NCBI RefSeq assembly: GCF_964204645.1
Contig: NC_134025.1
Coordinates: 4,650,001-4,714,000 of the forward strand
Reading direction: 5' to 3'
DNA from: Tubulanus polymorphus
Taxonomy: Eukaryota > Animalia > Nemertea
DNA: 64,000 nt
The first letter of the stretch is position 1. Every line of letters starts with the position of its first letter. Position numbers and translations under genes: made by a program. Below are positions 56,305-64,000 of this stretch, in pieces. The notes beneath the pieces are model-generated. The model made no database searches, was not told the origin of the DNA, and saw nothing but the letters and a program-made list of their open reading frames with translations.

Positions 56305-58298
56305 TTACATTTCAGCTTTGGTAGATTTTTTCAAGTCCTTCACTGAACGTAAGAGACCGCAACAAATTGTGAAAAGAATTATGAACAACACAATACCGAG
56401 ACCTGTTGCCAATGAAAGACCAAGGACAATTGCTTCGACTTCGACAGCCTTTAAATATGGACCATATGGGCCGCCCAGCCTTATGCCAGGGACTTTGCAA
56501 GAGGTTGATTTGGGTGGGAATTTCGTTTCAACTGCAACAGGAGATTTTTGCTTTTGCGACTGCATTTTCAGATAATCTCTCTCGAATCCGAAAATGTGTA
56601 ACCATTGTGACGTGTATTCATGACGAGGTTTTGTCTGTGAATTGTGGATAACTATACCGTATTTACTGCTTCCAGACAGGTGAACGTATATCTGTCGTTT
56701 GGTGGTGAACATCGGCCATTTCCTAATGACATTGACCGGTCGATTTGGATTTCTGTAAATAAATGAATATACATTAGAATTGACGGACATTACCTGTTTA
56801 CTTTATACTGATGTATATGAAATGTAAGTTACCCGGTTTTTGCAAAGTTTGTCCAGTAGATTTGAAGAATGCGAGTCATTTCGTGGTCAACAGTCCCATT
56901 GCCTGGTTTAGCCAACAACTGATTTAGTTCACCAAAAGGAGCAACCCTTGAAGTAGTGCTACATACATAATCGTACGTGTATAGATAGGAATTTTTTCTT
57001 TGTTTACCTTCAGCGTGGATAAGGGCAGTTTGCAGTGATGGGGACACGAAGTTTCTATCAGTGATCATTTGAATAGCATTTTCACGACTGATTATACCAT
57101 CATCCGCGTATAGATCGGTTAATCGCTTTTTCACTGAATCGACGTCATCAGTTTCTATGCCTTTTAAGACGTATGGAATTAAAACACTATCAAAGAAATC
57201 TTTAGATGCAGTACCATTATCGATTTGACTATTGGCGGCAAGTATTTTTTCAAATATGCGCGATCCGTAAACTTCAGTGTTTGCACCAATCAGCGCATCG
57301 ACCATGCCAAATAAACTTCGAGGTAAGTTGCAGTCATCTGATGATAGTTCTTCAAGTAAGTCATCGGTTAAAATATTTCCATCTACGACTGGACCCCACA
57401 TTAGATCGTGGCTAGAATTGTCCATCCCATTTTGAAGCGTTGTGATGTTTTGACCTTTGAGACAGGTTATCAACGCGGCGGCACTTTCATTGCTACAGTT
57501 GAAAATATCGCCAGCTTTTCTAGCATATTTCATCGGTTCCTTGACAACTGCCCACGACGTCGAGTAGCCTCCATTGAGAGCGATTATTCTCTGAAACATT
57601 CCCTTATTAGCGTGTGTAACTGACTGATAGATAGCACTGATCGAACCAGCCGCGTTACCCATAACGGTTATACTCTTAGGATTACCACCAAACGCTTGTA
57701 CGTTGTCCTTAACCCATTTGATCGCTAGTTGTTGGTCGTAAAGTCCGTAGTTTCCTTCAGAATTTAAATCGTCTGTGCTTAAAAATCCGAAAATTCCGAG
57801 CCGATAGTTCAGTGTCACGAACACAATATCGTTGTTGGCCGATATAAAACGCCCATCAATGATCGCTGATCCTCCTACAGTGAAATCACCGCCATGGATA
57901 AAGATGATAACCGGCATCATCGTCTTATCAGTTGGTGCGTAGATATTCAACGTTAGACAATCTTCACTCATCGCCAGCGTCTGAGGTACTGACGGGTCGG
58001 GGTTTCCATTCCGAGCCTGTGCAATTATCTGTTTATCTTGAACGCAAAGGTTTCCGAAGGTTTTTGCCTGAATCGTCGTTGATGACCTCGCTTTCTTCAT
58101 CGGACGCGTAAATCTGATCGGAGGTTCGGCGTATGGGATTCCGAGAAATTTGTTGATCATTATACCAGATATTTGTTCATTCATTCCGGTGATATTACCC
58201 GCATACGGCGTATCAACGGTAACATCGGCTCCTTCGCAGCAGTTCCATAGTGCGTTCATTATAAGCACAAAACCAAGCAGAAAACGAGACGCCGCCAT
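56305..58298 (-). CDS. Carboxylesterase type-B/cholinesterase-fold type I membrane protein, catalytically inactive; exons 56833-58298 and 56305-56752
   Basis: FLGIPYAEPP, SEDCLTLNIY, FIHGGDF, NYRLGIFGFL, GNYGLYDQQLAIKWV, FGGNP, WTNFAKTG|NPN. GESAG is replaced by GNAAG; C-terminal TM helix and short tail. Confidence 0.9.
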
Positions 58299-58995
58299 GT
58301 TGGTATCACTGACAAGGCTTCCAGTCCGCACCCACATGATCTATATGTAAACCCGAGGAAAATAGCGTTGTGCCGAATTGAAACTGGTTTTCATAGAGGT
58401 CTTGTGCGCTGTAAGCAGGCCTAACACACAAATCTAGTATTCTAGTACTGGTTGAATCTGAATTTTAAATGACCTCGCAATTCTACCTCAGCTATAGACT
58501 TGTATTATGTACGATCAAATAGAATTGTTTATTCGGGGTATTTAACATTCGATCATGACGACCTCGTGGGAAAACCTTACAATTAAATCCTTGGAGTCAT
58601 CGATTACCATCTAGTTATTTCCAATCTCAATTTGCAATAAACGTTACAATGGCATGACTATAGCCAGGAAAACTAAGGAAATCATTGTGTTCAATGGCAG
58701 TTCTTACAAAAAGATATATGTTATGAGACTAGTGGTCAACGTTGTGACCAACAGCCATGTGTGGGTCTCAGGTTGGTTATCGGACTATACGCGACTTTCA
58801 TCGCCAAGGTTTATAATATCTTAAAAGCGTTTTACAATGTCCTCTCAGTTTGGTTAGACCCAAGCTCAATATAGATTTTCTGAACATAGAATCAAAAATT
58901 TCAGAACAGGTTTTTATACTATATACGTGTTTTCGGGTGTTTGCGCGGTTCTCGGCCTTGTGGCAAGACAATAATGTTGATTTCGTTTCGACGAA

Positions 58996-60238
58996 ATGGC
59001 GAGTATCAAGATTCCAAGTCTATTAGAAAGAGTTTGGATTTTTGGATATGGATCTTTGATATGGAAACCTGGGTTTCACTACGACGATAGGATGACTGGA
59101 TATATTAAAGGCGTTTCCAGGAGGTTTTGGCAAAGCGATATATTGTATAGAGGAACAAAGACGAAGGTGAGTTTGATAAGAATGTTGATTTTATATATAT
59201 TTGATACCTACAATAAACTTATCAAAAAAGGTGCAGGAGGCGAATTTATCTGGTCATCAGATTTGATTTTCCTAATTATAATTTGCTAGTCACGTGTAAT
59301 CTAATCAAATAAGATTTGCGCAACAGGATGAATTTGACTTGTTCAAAACGGCCGACAAGAAAGTATTGCCCCAGTTTTTGAAATATCATTTCCGATGAAT
59401 GAGTTTTAGTTTCTCTTTAAGTTTTCACCATCTATATTAGTTTTTCGAAAAAAATTTGTGAGTCCACCATCTTCAAATCGTATCATATCACCTCTGGATG
59501 TGATTTGATGATTTTATAAATCGATTTGAATTTGATACCGTGTTAAATCAAAGAATTAGACCAAATGAATTTTGATTATGCCAGGATAAATACGATTTTT
59601 TACTTGAAATCAAATTTAATTTGACGTGATAAATTCGCCTATAATTTCTCAATCAATCGGTTTTTGTTCAACTTCGAATATTTCTATTCCAGCCCGGAAG
59701 AGTAGCGACGCTAGTCCCCATGAAAGATGTACGTTGATCCACTATATCATAAAACGTCAAAATGTTGTTATACTTCTAGTCAGACTATCGCCCATTCAGA
59801 GTTAATGTTTTTATTCAGGGTAAAGTTTGGGGAGCTGCGTATGAAGTAGTCGGTAGAAATTTGATAAATGAAGCGGTGTCTTATTTGGACAAGAGAGAAA
59901 CTGTCGGTGGCGGTTACACGATGGTTTCTACCATGTTTTACCGGTGTCCCGGAAGAAGGTGTCACCGACGGACCAGGGTACCAGCGATAGTTTATTTGGC
60001 AACGCACGGCAATCGATTTTTTACGGGACCCGAGCCAGACGATCTTATAGCCGAACGCATAATCGACGCTGAAGGCAAGTCAGGACACAACGTTGAGTAC
60101 GTTATTCGTTTAGCTGAATTCATGCACAATTATTGCCCAGAACGCGATGAACATTTGCTAAGATTAGAATCTCTGATTAAAACAAAGCTTGAACTACGAG
60201 ATCGTTTGAAGGCTCACACGATAGAACCCGTACGATAG
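58996..60238 (+). CDS. CHAC1: ChaC-family glutathione-specific gamma-glutamylcyclotransferase (CHAC1/2-like); exons 58996-59166, 59693-59728, 59819-60238
   Basis: WIFGYGSLIWKP, RRFWQ, RGT..PGRVATL, VWGAAY, YLDKRE, G.SGHNVEY. CHAC1 versus CHAC2 cannot be resolved by eye. Confidence 0.9.
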
Positions 60239-61328
60239 TATGGCTGAGTGCACGGTTTAGTTCGATACATTTTCTAATCTTGTCGGGAGAAAAAACAGTT
60301 ATAAGCATGATCTGAACATGTGACTCGGCCCCGGTTCGTGAGCAAAAAAGACAGTAGAAAATCTAGACCTATAAGTATGTTTAATTGAAAATCAATGTTG
60401 TGGGATAACTAACTTGATTTATTTAGATTTGATTTATAATATTGTAACCATGGGAATGTAAGAGTGAAAATATACTTGTGAATTTATCCTGTCAAAATCC
60501 GATTTAACTAAAATCGTATCTATCCTGGCGTCATCAAATTTGATTGGGACTATACTTTCCAAAACCATGGATTCTTAGAGTCCACGATCCAACCCGATAA
60601 TATCCCTCAACTGGTCAACGCCGCACAACGTTTCGGGCTGTTGGCCTTTGAAAAAATCGTGAACGAATGAATTATTGGCAGTAACATACGGTTCTAGGGA
60701 TCAACTCAAACCACGGCTGCACGGCTGGGCCACTTCGACGGGACAGGCCGGCACTGGTTTCGGTCGGTATTGTCAGGAAAAAACAATTCTTGCTGTACTG
60801 TACTTGAGAAATTTGTGGTTTGAATAAACTTCAGCGATTGGCTGACTTGGCCATCTTGTCACACCGCGGCGGCCGCGTAATTCAATGGCTGCTGACGACT
60901 TTATCTCCCGATAGCTGTCATCATAAAGCAATTCTGTTGTTTTAGTAGCAATAAAAAGCGATGAAGATCCTAATAGATCCCCAAAAAGTGGATGTATTAG
61001 GATCGTAGCTATGCTCGGCATAACCCCCCTCCTCCTGTCCCCCGGCGCCGACTACGGCACGGGACCAGCTATACCCGGCCCACTCCATTCGAGATTAAAG
61101 GTAATAAGAATGACACTAACATCTTAAAGAATGAAGGGGAAAGTTACTCATTCGCGTCAACCGCAAACGGCGCCGGTGCCATGTATAAGTCCAGGTGCCA
61201 AAAATTACACATATTTCCAATCCTTAACCGTGAATTAGGGATTCCAAACCCGGAAACGATTGATTGACCATTTTGACAAGTAATAAAAGAGATAAACCCA
61301 CTAAAAACATTTTTTTACCACTGCTAAA

Positions 61329-64000
61329 ATGTCGGAGGCAAGTCCTATTTCGTACCTGTTTCATCGACACTACAGAGACAATGCTTACTGCAATGATAGA
61401 TTTTTGCGAGAAAGAATGTATCGCTGTAAGAATCTATTTAAGAAGGATTTGAAAGCACATTTTGGATGCGTGAATGCGATTGAGTTTTCCCACACCAGCG
61501 GTGAATTAATGGCTTCAGGTATGACAGAGAAGTTTTATCGGTCAGTTTTTTTCTAGCAGAAACTAAAATGGTAAATCTGTTTAAAGATTAAAGTTTGCAG
61601 CATGAAATCTCTAGTCAATAATAGTAACTAACTGTGGCTGAGGTCATCCCAACAGGGCCGCTTGTTGCGATAGCTGGTGGTCCAAAATCCAAAAGATTCG
61701 ACCCAGTATCCTCGGTACCACATATAAAAAAGAATTCATCCTTTTCTATAGGTGGTACCTAGGATACAAATCTTTGACTTAAGAACCCTGGCTATTGTGA
61801 AAAGTCCCTGTGCTGGCGCTGGTCTAGTTAGTTAGCTAATCGTTGGTGGTAAGCTTTTTATAATCGAATTGGCTCATGTGGTTTGTGAAAATATCCGATC
61901 GTGAAACTAAACCACAGACAGGTTACTGACTAGCGCTGGTCATGCCTGTAACTTAACTGCGATCCCCTGGCTGGCTTATTTATGTCCAGTGGCAGTTGCA
62001 AGTCATGATTTCTTAGTTGAAATAACTTTGTGTCCTTTTATCCACCAGGTGGCGATGACAGACGTGTATTATTATGGAACGTAGAGGATGCCGTCTCGTC
62101 TAAAGTACCGACTCCCGTCGATATGAAAGGTCAACATCACAGTAATATATTTACACTCGCTTTTGACCATGAAAACAGAAGGATATTCTCTGGAGGTAAG
62201 CTATGCATATCCATCTATATACAACTGAATATTTTCTGCTCATGTAATAGATTTTTTATTAAAAGTTCTGTTATTTTAGGAAACGATGAACAAGTTGTGG
62301 TGCATGATATGTCCACGTAAGTAGAGATGATCTCACTGAATATATGATACCAACTCATAGTTAAGTGATATAAAACAGTTACTCTTGTAGAGCTGATACT
62401 ATTTGCTCAGTTCAGCTTTTCCACTCTGTCATTGACAGTGGCTTTTTATAATGTCAGAAATTGGAATGAATAGTTTGCACCATTCTATTATTCTCCTAAG
62501 CAATAATTCAGCGAATGGATTTAGGAAAAAGGTCCCATATATTTTCTGTATTGTAGGCGAGAAACTGTGGATGTTTTCCTACATGAAGATGCAGTGTATG
62601 GATTAAGTACTCATCCTACTAATAATGAACTGTTTGCCAGTGCTTGTGAAGATGGTCGAATTCTGATCTACGATCTTCGGCAATCGACATCAGGTAAGTG
62701 GAGAAGTTCCTTAAATGTCCCTTTAGATAACTACGATTCACCCTCATTTCTGTTGATGCAGATTTTGGTGATATTTTTTCAACAATGTCTTTATAATTCT
62801 ACTTTTAGATCCTTTTTGTTTGGCGAACTATGTATCTGCGATGCATTCGGTGATGTTCAATCCAGTCGAACCCAGACTTATCGTTACGGCTAATGCTAAA
62901 GATGGTATCGGACTATGGGATATTCGTAAACCAAAAAGGTAAAATCATCATTCAAAGTCCTTCGAGACTAGTTGCAGTCAGTGTAGTGTGTAAAAGACAC
63001 TCACAATTCTATGATTTTACAAGATTTGAAAACGAAAATCAGTTACACTGAAGTTATGGGTAGAATTCGGTTACATTGTCAATATCGTTGGTCTTTTATA
63101 TACATATATATGTACGAACATCAGTCTACCTTATACTTACCGGTATAATTGTATTTCATTCAACTGTTCATAACAAACTTGTTTATGCCTATTCCGTAGT
63201 TGCGTGCTTCGTTATGGAGGTGGTTTCACGCAGCAGAGCGCGATGAGCGTTCGATTCAACCGACTCGGGGACCGTATCATCAGTTTGAGGCGTCGTCTGC
63301 CGCCCGTATTGTATAGTATTCAATCTGCCGATGCTGTGTATCAGTTCGACCACACTGGATACTATAATTCCTGTACGATGAAGAGCTGCTGTTTTGCGGG
63401 AGATAAAGACCAGGTTAGTGTTCGTTCAACGGTTATCGAGCTGATTTTTAGCCTACGGTTTAAGGGTATCAAGAATACGTTTTTCATGCTCGTGGGTATT
63501 GTATGTATTTGTAGTATTTGTTGTCTGGATCGGATGATTTCAATCTCTACATGTGGCGTATCCCAGAAACCAGGGATGATGACAAATCAGAAGGTAAGTC
63601 ACATATAAGAAACCATCACCTACGACTTCAAAGGTGACTTCAAAGGTGCTTCTTAATTTGAAAAAATGTCCAAAAATCCTTGACTTGAGAATTAGGCATT
63701 TGGAAATTTTTGTCTAGTTTGTAGTTGTCTGGGTAAATTACCCCTATATCAATACAGTTGGGACCTGGATTTCTTACCCTATTAGACAGTTTCCAAATTA
63801 GAGACCAAGTTGAGGTTGTGTAAAGGATAAGAATTTGCTTACAAAACCATTGAATTAATGGTTTACTGATATAAACAGTACTGATATAGGAGGAGGCTGC
63901 AGTAATGGGATATGAAAGTAATGCAGACACTCCTCAAAATTTGAGATTCCTTAACGTTTTCTTTGTTTCAGTGAAATTGATCGAAAGCGCTCATTTAGTG
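61329..64000 (+). CDS. DCAF5: DDB1- and CUL4-associated factor 5 (WD40), 5' part; continues beyond the window
   Basis: LFKKDLKAHFGCVNAIEFS, SGGDDRRVLLW, HHSNIFTLAF, SGGNDEQVVVHD, HEDAVYGLS, LRRRLPPVLY, GYYNSCTMKSCCFAG.DQY.LSGSDDFNLYMW. Confidence 0.93.

Noticed and set aside
60700-61100. GC-rich patch between ChaC and DCAF5 as an ncRNA or transposon
   Set aside because: No clear terminal repeats, target-site duplication or RNA-family motifs identifiable by eye.
62042-62054. CCACCAGGTGGCG CTCF-like match
   Set aside because: Explained by the DCAF5 splice acceptor plus conserved GGDD codons.

Overview
Compact, AT-rich, intron-containing eukaryotic DNA from a bilaterian invertebrate (probably a spiralian; inferred from gene content and the short 70-110 nt GT-AG introns). 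About 16 protein-coding genes can be assembled by eye. In order: neurotrophin (+), intronless ALG6 (+), an orphan multi-pass membrane protein (-), an ankyrin/SOCS-box protein (-), a 9-exon 959-aa protein with two tandem GPR158/179-like ectodomain modules (-), BLOC1S3 (-), SNIP1 (+), ZNF593 (-), intronless DHX33 (+), BBS9 (+) with an antisense Rho GTPase in one intron, BMPER/crossveinless-2 (-) with a small secreted cysteine-peptide gene in one intron, a catalytically dead cholinesterase-like membrane protein (-), ChaC (+) and DCAF5 (+, runs off the window). The two most unusual items are (1) the 7TM-less, furin-cleavable, probably GPI-anchored double GPR158-ectodomain protein and (2) the self-contained prepropeptide gene (mature VPSIWGKWRHCVCFRSPCPCNTIK) inside a BMPER intron. 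Exon boundaries were read manually and may be off by a few bases. No database searches were run.
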